Source: an uncultured Gammaproteobacteria bacterium (GTDB taxonomy: Bacteria; Pseudomonadota; Gammaproteobacteria; Eutrophobiales; Eutrophobiaceae). Taken from it: DNA of 64,000 bases. Below the pieces are notes generated by a model. It was not told the origin of the DNA and did no database searches. It worked only from the letters and a program-made list of their open reading frames with translations. Of this stretch, positions 20,102-30,194 are shown one piece after another. Both the position numbers and the translations under genes were made by a program. The DNA lies in NCBI GenBank assembly GCA_943788005.1, contig CALSOP010000003.1:2250-66249 (forward strand). Reading direction: 5' to 3'. The stretch's first letter is position 1; each line of letters opens with the position of its first letter.

Positions 20102-21576
20102 TTTTTTTCTTTATTTTTCTTGCGGCTGGCTTTCAATGTACTTCCTTCTTTTTTATATCCTGTTGCCTCGTTGCGCAACTCTTTCATAGAATGTGCAGCA
20201 CGCGAATCATCATCTTTTTGTTGCTCTGTTTTTTTATCAACAGAAACACCCCAATCAAGCTCTTCATCCTGCATATAATTTTTGCCTAATTGCCAGGCGA
20301 CTTGAGCTTTGCCTAACTCTACACCCATGTAGAAGGCATGTGGTGCATCGTCCTGTAATAAATCCAGTTTTGGAAACAACTCAAAAGGATTTTCATCTAT
20401 ATTAATACCATCTCGATTATATACATGTATACCGGCTTCACTCACCTGAATACGATAGCTTGGATCTTTCACGTCTTGTGATATCTCTTTGATTTCTTGA
20501 GCATTATACGGAAAGGGCTTACGCGCATGCATGCCTAATAATGAACTATCCAAACCTTTGGGCAAACTACTATCTCGCCTAGCAGCGTACATCATACGGC
20601 GTGCCATATCTGCCTCTCGGACAGCTGAGCGACAATGCGGACTAACCTCCGTCGCTAATACAGCATCCAGCTGCATTTCAGAAATCAAACCAAATAATAT
20701 TGCATTGATGCCAGTCGTATCGGCTTCCGTTAACTCTGTAAGATTACCGACACCCATCATGATTTTAATATCAGGACAATTCTGACGTAATTCATGATAG
20801 CGAATAATGGATTCAGTAAAACCAAAATGGATGGGATCTAAAATCGCATCGGCGTAAAAAAGCCTGCCATTCTCGGAAAACTTTTCAATAGCACGGTATA
20901 AGGAAGCCATGTCACCATGCGTTTCTGGTATTAATATAGGGACTGACTCTACCTTATCAGCTATCCATAGGGTACTTTCTTTTAGACTGAGTAAATAGTC
21001 TGCCCCTGCCCGCCCACCACGTAATAAATCATCCTCTTCAAGCGAATCGACACTCACTTTAAAACCAGCATCATGTAAACTTTGTACCGTTTCTTCCAAA
21101 TGAGGAAACGGTGTATCGGGTAAGCAGCCTACATCAATGACGTTTGCACCATCTCGCCGATATTTTTCTGCCCGTTTAAGGATATCCTCGATTGTTACCA
21201 TCGGTGCATCAACAATCTCAGCAAATATCTCAACATCATACTGGCTGAGATCAATTGGCTTACAATCGCGTCCAAAAAAGACCGGAAGGTCTTTTAAATC
21301 TATTGGTCCTCGTACACACTCAACGCTTAGTGACTCTGAAGTAACAGATAAATCCCCACGGCATAGGCCCGGTACAATAATACGATTTACTCCATCCAAA
21401 TCGGTCAGACGCCGAGTGAGCATTTGTGCCGTCATTAATGCAGCAACGCTGACACCAATATTCCTAATCTCATATGTGAATTCAGTAGGGCCCATTTCCT
21501 CGAGGATTCGTTGCAGACGCTTTTGTGCAAGTTTGCCAGTGAGAAACAGGATATGTTCTTGATTAGATTCATGCAT
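20098..21576 (-). CDS. Dihydropteroate synthase-like pterin-binding protein (H4MPT biosynthesis, orf19 type)
   Basis: 492 aa. The central region has DHPS-fold-like blocks (GANVIDVGC, KVSVDS, GADYLLS). It differs from the canonical folP at 25185-26006 and has a lysine-rich tail. Confidence 0.7.
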   Translation of the reverse strand: MHESNQEHILFLTGKLAQKRLQRILEEMGPTEFTYEIRNIGVSVAALMTAQMLTRRLTDLDGVNRIIVPGLCRGDLSVTSESLSVECVRGPIDLKDLPVFFGRDCKPIDLSQYDVEIFAEIVDAPMVTIEDILKRAEKYRRDGANVIDVGCLPDTPFPHLEETVQSLHDAGFKVSVDSLEEDDLLRGGRAGADYLLSLKESTLWIADKVESVPILIPETHGDMASLYRAIEKFSENGRLFYADAILDPIHFGFTESIIRYHELRQNCPDIKIMMGVGNLTELTEADTTGINAILFGLISEMQLDAVLATEVSPHCRSAVREADMARRMMYAARRDSSLPKGLDSSLLGMHARKPFPYNAQEIKEISQDVKDPSYRIQVSEAGIHVYNRDGINIDENPFELFPKLDLLQDDAPHAFYMGVELGKAQVAWQLGKNYMQDEELDWGVSVDKKTEQQKDDDSRAAHSMKELRNEATGYKKEGSTLKASRKKNKEKK

Positions 21577-21782
21577 TGCGATGCATTATAAGCAGCTGTG
21601 GCTTGATTTGAGAGTACTATTTTTATTTAAAAATATGGTTATTATGAACCATAACAAACGAATAAAAACATCCACTCATGCATAAGAAACAAGTTTAATC
21701 TTTCTATATTTTACTTTAAATATTTATTTTATCTATCTGTTTTTATTCAATTTATTTTTACTTATTAATGCTTAGTCTATTC

Positions 21783-21797
21783 TGGCACGAATATAGC
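21783..21797 (+). promoter_or_regulatory. Candidate sigma-54 (-24/-12) promoter upstream of pqqA: TGGCAC-GAATA-TAGC
   Basis: GG and GC elements have the correct 10-nt spacing, 44 nt upstream of the pqqA ATG. The -12 box is TAGC rather than TTGC. Confidence 0.35.
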
Positions 21798-21840
21798 TCT
21801 AGTTAATATATTAAAACTTAAATTCTTTAGGAGAACTACA

Positions 21841-21915
21841 ATGAAATGGTCTACACCTGAATATAACGATATCCGTTTTGGCTTCGAAGTGACAATGTAT
21901 ATTAATAACAAATAA
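21841..21915 (+). CDS. pqqA: PQQ precursor peptide PqqA (24 aa)
   Basis: MKWSTPEYNDIRFGFEVTMYINNK carries the conserved E-x-x-x-Y (EVTMY). AGGAG lies 7 nt upstream and the gene lies directly upstream of pqqB. It is below the ORF-track size cutoff. Confidence 0.9.
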   Translation: MKWSTPEYNDIRFGFEVTMYINNK

Positions 21916-22084
21916 ACTTGGTCAAAATTAAATTTCTGAAATATTCGTTATATAAGCACCTTTAGATATTGGCAAACTAGTATCTTTTATCATGTTATAT
22001 TTGCGCGGCTTTAATACTTGCGCTGATTAACCAACGCGCTTATCACCCCCAATACATTTATAAAATAAAAATTATTTAAAGACT

Positions 22085-22999
22085 ATGCACATACATTTAT
22101 TAGGCACTGGCGCTGGTGGCGGTTTTCCTCAATGGAACTGCAATTGCGACAATTGCAAACGATTACGATCAGGCACAATAAAAAGCTCGGCAAGAACGCA
22201 ATCATCCATTACTGTTAGTGGCAATGGTGAAGATTGGGTGTTATTTAATGCCTCACCTGATATTCGAGCACAGATTGAATCTTTTCCACCATTACAACCA
22301 GCTCGAAAAGTTCGTGATACCGGCATTTGTTCGATAATTCTTTGTGATGGTCAAATTGATCACTCAACTGGATTAATCATCCTTCGCGAACATGACAAGC
22401 CTTGGGACGTCTACTGTACAGAAAGTGTTTATGAAGATATGACTACAGGTTATCCAATATTTAATATTCTTGGTCATTTTCGCGGTGTCAATTGGCATGA
22501 AGTCAGCACCGAACAAGACTCGTTTACTATTCCTAAGGCCGACAATCTCGTTTTTACTGCAGTGCCATTAAAAAGTGAGGCACCGCCCTATTCTCCACAC
22601 CGACATAACACTGTTCCTGGCGATAACGTCGGTTATAAAGTCGAAGATACATCCACCGGCAAGAACCTTTTCTATGCACCCGGCCTAGGTGTTATTGAAG
22701 ACCATGTTTATGACTACATGGCAAACGCCGATGTCGTCTTGGTTGATGGCACGGTTTGGACAAATGATGAAATGTCACGACATGGTATCAGCGACAAATT
22801 AGCCAGCGAGATGGGGCACCTGGACCAATCCAGTAAAGGCGGTATTAAAGATACTTTAAGCAGCCTAGAAAAACCTCGCAAGATATTGATCCATATCAAT
22901 AATACTAATCCAATATTAGATGAAGATTCACCGGAGCGAAAACAACTCGATGATGCTGGGATAGAAGTTTCGTTCGATGGAATGGACATTCATATATAA
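22085..22999 (+). CDS. pqqB: PQQ biosynthesis protein PqqB (MBL fold)
   Basis: MHIHLLGTGAGGGFPQWNCNC..C starts as PqqB proteins typically do. 304 aa, in the pqq operon. Confidence 0.93.
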   Translation: MHIHLLGTGAGGGFPQWNCNCDNCKRLRSGTIKSSARTQSSITVSGNGEDWVLFNASPDIRAQIESFPPLQPARKVRDTGICSIILCDGQIDHSTGLIILREHDKPWDVYCTESVYEDMTTGYPIFNILGHFRGVNWHEVSTEQDSFTIPKADNLVFTAVPLKSEAPPYSPHRHNTVPGDNVGYKVEDTSTGKNLFYAPGLGVIEDHVYDYMANADVVLVDGTVWTNDEMSRHGISDKLASEMGHLDQSSKGGIKDTLSSLEKPRKILIHINNTNPILDEDSPERKQLDDAGIEVSFDGMDIHI

Positions 23000-23017
23000 A
23001 ATTTGGGGATATAATAA

Positions 23018-23740
23018 ATGGCAGAAGAAAGAACTCCTTGGACGCATGAAGAATTTGAGGCACAGCTCCGTGCAAAGGAAAAGTATTATCATATTAATCA
23101 CGAATTTCATCATCTGATGAATGAAGGTGGTCTTGACAAAGAAGCCGTACAGGGTTGGGTTGCTAATCGTTTTTATTATCAAACAACAATTCCTATTAAA
23201 GATGCTGCCATCATGGCTAATTGTCCGGAGCGTGATGTACGTAGACAATGGGTTCAGCGAATTATCGATCACGATGGCGTTGAGGGAGAAGAAGGAGGCA
23301 TAGAAGCCTGGTTACAACTTGCTGAAGCAGTTGGCTTGAGTCGCGAAGAAACAACGTCTTATCAACATGTGCTCCCCGGTGTTCGTTTTGCAATCGATGC
23401 CTATTTAAACTTTGCTCGACGCGCTACTTGGCAAGAGGCCGCTTGTTCTTCATTGACCGAGCTATTTGCACCGAAGATTCATCAGAAGAGGCTCGATAAC
23501 TGGCCAGAAATATATCCTTGGATTGATGCAAACGGCTATATCTATTTTAGGAAACGACTTAGTGAAGCACGCCGTGATGTTGAACATGGTTTGCATATTA
23601 CATTAGATTATTTCAAGACTCGTGAAGAGCAAGAACGTGCTCTTGAAATTCTACAATTAAAACTGGATATTTTATGGACTATGCTCGATTGCATGTGGAT
23701 GGCCTACATAGAAAAAAAACCACCCTTTCATAATTGTTAA
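23018..23740 (+). CDS. pqqC: Pyrroloquinoline-quinone synthase PqqC
   Basis: 240 aa. Blocks YY..HEFH..M, WV.NRFYYQ and RF are typical of PqqC, and the operon position fits. Confidence 0.93.
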   Translation: MAEERTPWTHEEFEAQLRAKEKYYHINHEFHHLMNEGGLDKEAVQGWVANRFYYQTTIPIKDAAIMANCPERDVRRQWVQRIIDHDGVEGEEGGIEAWLQLAEAVGLSREETTSYQHVLPGVRFAIDAYLNFARRATWQEAACSSLTELFAPKIHQKRLDNWPEIYPWIDANGYIYFRKRLSEARRDVEHGLHITLDYFKTREEQERALEILQLKLDILWTMLDCMWMAYIEKKPPFHNC

Positions 23741-23750
23741 GGCTGTTGAT

Positions 23751-24026
23751 ATGACCATAGATAGAGTTGATATACCGGAAGTCGCACCAACATTCCGTTT
23801 CCAGTGGGAAGAAGTACAAGATTGTTATGTTGTCCTCTACCCGGAAGGCATGGTTAAACTTAGTGGAAGTGCCGGAGAGATCATGAAACGTATAGATGGC
23901 AAACAATCCATTGATACAATAATTAAAGATTTAGAAACCACATTTTCAGAGAACAATCTGGAAGATGACGTCATAAAATTCCTGGAGGTCGCCTATGACA
24001 CCGGCTGGATCAGAAACAAAAAGTGA
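23751..24026 (+). CDS. pqqD: PqqA-binding chaperone PqqD
   Basis: 91 aa with [30 protein letters not shown], located between pqqC and pqqE. Confidence 0.9.
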   Translation: MTIDRVDIPEVAPTFRFQWEEVQDCYVVLYPEGMVKLSGSAGEIMKRIDGKQSIDTIIKDLETTFSENNLEDDVIKFLEVAYDTGWIRNKK

Positions 24027-25167
24027 TGTGAAACCGCCTTTATGGCTGCTCGCGGAGCTAACCTATCGCTGCCCACTGCAATGCCCATACTGTTCAAACC
24101 CACTTGAGATAGCGAAGTATCAAAACGAACTCTCAACTGAAGAATGGGTTCGTGTAATGCAACAAGCGCGCAAGATGGGCGCTGCCCAAATTGGTTTTTC
24201 AGGTGGTGAACCGCTAGTACGTCCCGATCTTGAAGAACTTGTTCAGGAAGCGAGACACTTAGGCTATTACACTAATTTGATCACATCAGGCGTTGGCATG
24301 GATGAAGCACGTGTTAAGCGCTTAAAGGATGCTGGTCTGGATCATATTCAAATCAGCTTCCAAGCCAGTGATGAAGAATTAAATAACTTCCTCGGCGGCA
24401 CCAAGACCTTTCAACATAAAAAAGAAATGGCGCGTATGGTCAAAGCATACGAATACCCTATGGTTCTAAACATTGTTATTCATCGTAAAAATATCGATCA
24501 GATCCGCGATATCCTTGAAATGACTGTTGAGCTTGAGGCCGATTATGTTGAATTAGCCAGTACTCAGTATTATGGCTGGTCACGAATCAATGTCGATCAA
24601 CTCCTACCTACTCGAGAACAATTAGCTAAAGCTGAGATCGTCGCTAAAGAATATCAGGAACGAATGAAAGGTAAGTCTAGGATCATCTATGTAATTCCTG
24701 ATTATTTTGAAAATCGTCCTAAGCCTTGTATGAATGGGTGGGGGGCTATCTTTTTAACTATTGCACCCGATGGTACTGCACTTCCCTGTCATGAGGCAGG
24801 TCAATTACCAATCGATTTTCCAAACGTAAAAGATGTCAGTGTCGAAGAAGCCTGGAAAGATTCACCCGGCTTTAATCATTTTCGTGGTTTTGAATGGATG
24901 AAAGAACCTTGCCGCTCATGCGATGAAAAAGAAAAGGATTTTGGAGGATGCCGTTGTCAGGCATTTATGATGACTGGTGATGCAGCGAATACCGATCCAG
25001 TTTGTGATAAATCACCAAATCATCAGGCGTTACTCGATGATGTTGAACGTATAGGTAAACTAGCGAAAGAAGAGTCGACGAAAACAACTGAAGAAAAACC
25101 ACTTGTATTCAGAAACATGAAAAACTCTAAGAAGTTTGGAGCGAAAGAAACTGAGCCGACAACTTAG
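23995..25167 (+). CDS. pqqE: PqqA peptide cyclase PqqE (radical SAM/SPASM)
   Basis: [24 protein letters not shown] radical-SAM motif and a Cys-rich SPASM region (CRSC...GGCRCQ). The start may be GTG 24028, just after the pqqD stop. Confidence 0.93.
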   Translation: MTPAGSETKSDVKPPLWLLAELTYRCPLQCPYCSNPLEIAKYQNELSTEEWVRVMQQARKMGAAQIGFSGGEPLVRPDLEELVQEARHLGYYTNLITSGVGMDEARVKRLKDAGLDHIQISFQASDEELNNFLGGTKTFQHKKEMARMVKAYEYPMVLNIVIHRKNIDQIRDILEMTVELEADYVELASTQYYGWSRINVDQLLPTREQLAKAEIVAKEYQERMKGKSRIIYVIPDYFENRPKPCMNGWGAIFLTIAPDGTALPCHEAGQLPIDFPNVKDVSVEEAWKDSPGFNHFRGFEWMKEPCRSCDEKEKDFGGCRCQAFMMTGDAANTDPVCDKSPNHQALLDDVERIGKLAKEESTKTTEEKPLVFRNMKNSKKFGAKETEPTT

Positions 25168-25184
25168 AATTAGCTTACCTTATT

Positions 25185-26006
25185 TTAACTATTCAAAATC
25201 GACCAGGCAACATCGGCTGCTTGCCTGTTCGGTTTTACATCATGAACACGAAATAGCTTAACGCCGACTTGAACACCCAATGCTGTTGTTGCAGCTGTCG
25301 CGCCTATCAACTCATCGGCTGTATTGACTGAGCAAATACTACCCATAAAGCGTTTTCTACTAGTTCCTAGTAAAACTGGACAACCAGTATCTACAAATGA
25401 TTTTAAATTTTTTAACAATATTAAATTGTGTTCACGTGTCTTGCCAAAACCAATACCTGGATCGATAACAATATTATTTTTATCAATGCCTGCTTTCACA
25501 CAATCTTCAATTCTATTTTCTAAAAATCTTTTTATTTCTTCAACAACATTGTCATAGACTGGAGCAGATTGCATGGTTTCTGGCGAACCTAACATATGCA
25601 TAATGATGTAGGGACTTTTCTTATCTGCACAAAGATCAATAATATCAGGGTCGTCATTACCACCTGAAACATCATTAACAATAGTAGCACCTGAGCTAAG
25701 TGCTGCTTCTGCTACTTTAGCTCGCGTAGTATCGATACTAATCTCGACATGATCAGGCAGTGTCTCGCTAATCGCATTTATAATAGGCACTACTCTTTGG
25801 AGCTGATCTTTTACACTAACACGCTGAGACCCAGGCCTCGTAGATTCACCACCTATATCGATAATATCAGCACCTTCATCAATCATCTTTTTACCATGAT
25901 TAATTGCAGCTTCAATATTGTTGAACTGCCCTCCATCAGAAAAGCTATCCGGAGTAGCATTAAGAATACCCATGATTAAAGGCCCGTCACGATGCAGAAT
26001 ACTCAT
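25185..26006 (-). CDS. folP: Dihydropteroate synthase FolP
   Basis: 273 aa with IMGILNATPDSFSDGG, GADIIDIGGESTRPG, ISIDT, IVNDVSG and DPGIGFGK motifs. Confidence 0.9.
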   Translation of the reverse strand: MSILHRDGPLIMGILNATPDSFSDGGQFNNIEAAINHGKKMIDEGADIIDIGGESTRPGSQRVSVKDQLQRVVPIINAISETLPDHVEISIDTTRAKVAEAALSSGATIVNDVSGGNDDPDIIDLCADKKSPYIIMHMLGSPETMQSAPVYDNVVEEIKRFLENRIEDCVKAGIDKNNIVIDPGIGFGKTREHNLILLKNLKSFVDTGCPVLLGTSRKRFMGSICSVNTADELIGATAATTALGVQVGVKLFRVHDVKPNRQAADVAWSILNS

Positions 26007-26953
26007 TCAATATCACCAATCATATAATCTGTTGCTGTTATTAGCGCATCTATCATTGCAGGCTCACCTGCTAGATGACCCGCATCAGAGACAATAACCA
26101 GGCTTGAACCTGCTAATGCTCGATGTATAAGCCAAGATGATTCTGGAAGACAGGTTAAATCCTTACGTCCATGAATTATGCTGATTGGGACATCGGGTAC
26201 CTGCGAGATATTATCTATAATTTCATTCTCGCTAATAAAATATTTATTTTTAGCGTAATGCATTTCAATCCTGGCTTCGTTAATCAACTTATTTACATCT
26301 TCTGCATCAAGTACGTAATCGTTAACAAAACCATGGGTAACAACCCTTCCCGCCCATAAAGCCCATGCCTTCGCGGCTTCTTGTTGTATTTCTTGATTAT
26401 CTGAAAAAACACGTTGGTACAAAGCATCTAATAAGTTTTTCTTTTCATTCTCATCAAAGAGTGTCACAAATTCCTGCCAATGATCTGGAAATATTTTATT
26501 TACACCCGATTTCGCAAACCAGTCAAAATCACACTGTCTTGCCAGAAATGTGCCTCGCAATATAACTCCAGTTACATGCTGTGGGTATTGCTCCGCATAA
26601 AGCAAAGCCAAAGTTGCACCCCATGAACCACCGAACACAATCCATTTATCAATGCCCAATGTTTTTCGTATGGAGTCAACATCATTAAGAATATCTTGTG
26701 TTGTATTATTTTCAACACAACCATTTGGAGTCGACCGATTACTGCCACGTTGATCGAATAAAATAATTCTGTATTTATCTGGATCAAAATAACGGCGATG
26801 GTTCTCATTACAACCAGATCCAGGGCCACCATGCAGAAAAACCACAGCGGGCGCATTTACATTGCCGACCTGCTCATAATAGATCCGGTGGGATGAATTT
26901 GATGTTAGATAGCCTGAATCAAACGGCCTTATTTCTGGATAAAGTGTTTTCAA
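26003..26953 (-). CDS. pip: Prolyl aminopeptidase (proline iminopeptidase)
   Basis: 316-aa alpha/beta hydrolase with the HGGPG oxyanion motif and the GGSWG nucleophile elbow. The N-terminus is typical of Pip. Confidence 0.85.
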   Translation of the reverse strand: MKTLYPEIRPFDSGYLTSNSSHRIYYEQVGNVNAPAVVFLHGGPGSGCNENHRRYFDPDKYRIILFDQRGSNRSTPNGCVENNTTQDILNDVDSIRKTLGIDKWIVFGGSWGATLALLYAEQYPQHVTGVILRGTFLARQCDFDWFAKSGVNKIFPDHWQEFVTLFDENEKKNLLDALYQRVFSDNQEIQQEAAKAWALWAGRVVTHGFVNDYVLDAEDVNKLINEARIEMHYAKNKYFISENEIIDNISQVPDVPISIIHGRKDLTCLPESSWLIHRALAGSSLVIVSDAGHLAGEPAMIDALITATDYMIGDIE

Positions 26954-26979
26954 CTCAATCAGAATGAATAATTAAACGC

Positions 26980-27927
26980 TTAAATATCATTAAGAATTTC
27001 TTTTCTTTTCACAGTGTATTCTTCTTGGGATATTAATTCTTTCTCAAGCAACTTATCTAAAGTGGTCATTCGCTCTTCGATGCTTTTAGCAGAGGAGGTG
27101 TTATTATTGCGTTGTTCCATATCTTTTCTCATGCGCGCCATCTCCGCTCGCATTTCACGTCTTTGCCGAGCCATCTTTGCAGCTTCAACCTGTAAGGCAC
27201 GATCTTGATATAATTGTGGACTCTCTTTTTCTTGCTTTTTAGCTAGATATGCTTCGGCGGCAATCTTGATATCTATTTCAAACCAGTCTTGTCGCGTTTT
27301 CCCTTTAATATCTTTTTGAACCACACCTGAAATACTGTTAATGTTTTCCTCGAAATTTTTAGACTTACTTGTCCTGCTGCCAAAACTGAAGTTATATGCA
27401 ATTTCTCCAGTATCTCCAGGATCTAGCACAGCTTCGAATGCCTGGTTTCTAGCAAAATCAAACTCACCGATAATGATATTTAATTTATTGTCCTTGTAAA
27501 ATGCCCGGCCAGTGAGAAAGGTTTTTGTTTTCAAAACAATTAATTTTGATTTCTTACCACCGATAACAAAAATAATATCTTGATCGGGTGTTGCCTTAGA
27601 CAATCCTTTAGATAAATATTCGGCAAGAAGACGTACTTGTGAATAGGAAAAAACTGAGACAACTGACTCTACATTTAAAACATTCGTCTCTGTGTACTCT
27701 AACGCCGTTAATGCATCAATGATTTCTTTTTCTTCAAGCGCAACTGGGTGCTCATTTTTGCCATACTTGGAACTATCTTGCTCATCATACTTAAAGTAAT
27801 TATTAGCCGCCCCCTGCCAAATAATGTCTTCATCATCGTCAAAAAAACTAACGGCAAATACCGTATTTGTAATAATAAGCAGATGTAGAAAGCATAATGT
27901 AATTAATCGATTTTTAATGATTTTCAT
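26980..27927 (-). CDS. Secreted hypothetical protein with coiled-coil and C-terminal SHOCT-like motif
   Basis: Signal/anchor sequence LITLCFLHLLIITNTVFA, an Arg/Met-rich coiled coil, and a C-terminal LLEKELISQEEYTVKRKEIL that resembles SHOCT. Confidence 0.45.
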   Translation of the reverse strand: MKIIKNRLITLCFLHLLIITNTVFAVSFFDDDEDIIWQGAANNYFKYDEQDSSKYGKNEHPVALEEKEIIDALTALEYTETNVLNVESVVSVFSYSQVRLLAEYLSKGLSKATPDQDIIFVIGGKKSKLIVLKTKTFLTGRAFYKDNKLNIIIGEFDFARNQAFEAVLDPGDTGEIAYNFSFGSRTSKSKNFEENINSISGVVQKDIKGKTRQDWFEIDIKIAAEAYLAKKQEKESPQLYQDRALQVEAAKMARQRREMRAEMARMRKDMEQRNNNTSSAKSIEERMTTLDKLLEKELISQEEYTVKRKEILNDI

Positions 27928-28271
27928 ATTCGGATGTGATAATTGCCTGAGTTGCTAGTTTTAGAGTTTCAAATAGGCGGGAAGTTTACAACAAACAGCC
28001 AATTAATGAAAAAGTATTAATTGATCGCATAGCCGCTTGTATCCGTCCTCGACTTTAGCAGGAAAATATATTCATGACACCGATGAAACGCACACTGTTG
28101 GTGTCACCCGAACAGGTCATAAATTAGCCCTGTGCCACTCCCGATCTCCGTTCCAGTCTCGACTCTATCGCTTAACATCCATATCATCGTAGCTATTGCA
28201 CACATCTCAAGCGGAGATACCTAAAGGTTCATGCAATCGTCCACAAAACGCACATAATTAAATCTATAAAT

Positions 28272-28298
28272 AAAAAAAGGCCTCCGAGGAGGCCTTTT
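28272..28298 (-). terminator. Rho-independent terminator downstream of the porin gene (potentially bidirectional)
   Basis: AAAAAAAGGCCTCCGAGGAGGCCTTTT is a GC stem flanked by an A-run and a T-run, 50 nt after the porin stop. Confidence 0.75.
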
Positions 28299-28347
28299 CT
28301 ATATTACTTAAAAGCTTAACGCTTAATCTTCTTAATACACTACAGTT

Positions 28348-29589
28348 TTAGAAGAAGTACGTTGCGCCTAGTGCAAACATGTCTAGCTCGTCTGCACCAC
28401 CGTAGTTGGTTGTACAAGTCGTTGCTTGAGCTGCTGTACCACCACAATCAACGTCTAGATCAAGCTGTTCCCAAGTACCGTAGATTTGAAAACCAGCACC
28501 AAAGTATTGCGTGATAGATACGCCAATACGTTCAACTTCAGAACCAGTCAAGCCCACATCACCAGCACCCATACCGTCATTATATGAACCATAGATCATG
28601 GATATTGCTGTAGGCCCTAAAGAATTGAAGTCACGCTTAACACCAACTTTGATGAAGTATGAATCGATATCATCACCAGTAACACCGCCAGTACCAGTTG
28701 TACCTGTACCGCCATCACCTTGGTCGTTCATGTAAGCAACCGAACCAAAGATACCTGTACCAGGATCCATCAAACCAGCTTGAACCTGGAAGACTTCAGT
28801 TTCGTTTGTACCGTCAGCAAGATTAGAACCGCCACCGCCTTGGTTGATTGCATAACCCATACCGATAACGGTATTCAAACCAGCAATTGAGCCAGAGTGA
28901 TTCAAAGAGATATCATAGATGTCGTCGTTAGCATAACCAACGGCAACCTTAATACCCATGAACGCTGGAAGGTCATAACGAAGACCAGTACGGTAGACAC
29001 CGTTACAGTCAAAACCAATACCTAAGCCAGGTGTGGTTACACACTGTAAGTTAGAAGCCCAAGTTGTATTGGCTGCACCCGCACCCAAACCTTGAATGGT
29101 CAAGCCGTTACCACGGAACACTGGTGATACGCTAGCCCATAGGGTTAGTGAAGGATCTGATAATACGCCGATGTTATCAGTAGGCATTGACTGAGTACCT
29201 AAGGTCACTTTACCGAAACCACCAGAAAGATTGATGCTGCTGGAAAGTAAGTTAACTGAAGTAAATGCCGTGTTATTGTCGCCACCATTTGCCTGAGTAA
29301 TAGACAAGAGAGGTGTAAGACCACCTGGCTCAACTGAGAATTCGAAACCAGCAGTTAAACCGCTGTTAGGCAACTCTTGCGTACCAGCGAACTGAAGACG
29401 CGTTCCAAGAGTAATACCATTAGCTTCAGCAGCAATTATGTCGCTACTGTTGCCATCGTCATAGGCAAACATTTCTTCGTTGACCCAACCTGAGATATTA
29501 ACTTCTCCTGCTGTAGCAACTTGTGAAAAAGGCAGCATTGCTGTCATGGCAACAAAACTGGCTCTTTTTAATAGTTTAGTTTTATTCAC
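28348..29589 (-). CDS. Outer-membrane porin (general/trimeric porin-like beta-barrel)
   Basis: AAGGAGG lies 9 nt before GTG 29589. Signal peptide ..AMLPFSQVATA, a Gly/Thr/Asn-rich sequence with alternating hydrophobic residues, and a C-terminal ..GATYFF. Codon usage looks highly expressed. Confidence 0.75.
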   Translation of the reverse strand: MNKTKLLKRASFVAMTAMLPFSQVATAGEVNISGWVNEEMFAYDDGNSSDIIAAEANGITLGTRLQFAGTQELPNSGLTAGFEFSVEPGGLTPLLSITQANGGDNNTAFTSVNLLSSSINLSGGFGKVTLGTQSMPTDNIGVLSDPSLTLWASVSPVFRGNGLTIQGLGAGAANTTWASNLQCVTTPGLGIGFDCNGVYRTGLRYDLPAFMGIKVAVGYANDDIYDISLNHSGSIAGLNTVIGMGYAINQGGGGSNLADGTNETEVFQVQAGLMDPGTGIFGSVAYMNDQGDGGTGTTGTGGVTGDDIDSYFIKVGVKRDFNSLGPTAISMIYGSYNDGMGAGDVGLTGSEVERIGVSITQYFGAGFQIYGTWEQLDLDVDCGGTAAQATTCTTNYGGADELDMFALGATYFF

Positions 29590-30194
29590 TTTGTATTCCT
29601 CCTTAAGAAAATACAATTTATTTTATTTACATCTCTAGAGATAAAAATTGGCCTCCCCAGCCTCGTTTCCCCTAATTCTTAGTTCAACAAGTCTTTTGAA
29701 GCTACGTCTTAGATACAGCTGGAAAGCCATTAATAAGACATGTGAGAAAATACTACAGAATTCCATGCGTTGCAAACATTTATTGATATAAAAACAACAA
29801 ATACCTATAACCACAAAATAACGTTGTTTTATAACAACAATCATCTTAAAGAGCTTATTTTAATTAGCTTGGAGCTTTATTTAATCGTCCTAAATTTTTC
29901 AACAACTATATTTATGACCGACTTTTGTTGCATAATAGCAACATTTTATATATTGCGTTATATTTCAATAATATATAGGCTTTTTTGAATATGATTTAGA
30001 GTATTTTAGTGGCACTTATTAACAGCAATTTATGCGGGTTTATGTAGCCGAAATATATCGGCGAAAAGTTACGGTGGGGAATTTTCAGAAAGAATGGATG
30101 GAATTTACGAATTTTTAATGCCACATATTATATATCGAATAAATTTCTAACAACTCTGAATCACTTTGGGATAACAATCCTGATTTATTAACAT

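Noticed and set aside
27961-28260. Relatively GC-rich ~300-nt leader upstream of the SHOCT-protein gene. It contains GCACAGGGC on the minus strand, reminiscent of the c-di-GMP-I (GEMM) riboswitch, plus a GACACC...GGTGTC hairpin.
   Set aside because: The second conserved GEMM element (ACGCAAAGC with its tetraloop-receptor pairing) is absent. I could not fold a consistent riboswitch architecture by eye. It may be a gene remnant or an sRNA, but I cannot support any call. A covariance-model (Rfam) scan would settle it.
29635-29988. Two ~70-aa ORFs in the very AT-rich spacer upstream of the porin gene.
   Set aside because: AT content is extreme, the ORFs are enriched in Ile, Phe, Asn and Lys, and they lack an RBS. 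This is most likely promoter or UP-element DNA for the highly expressed porin.
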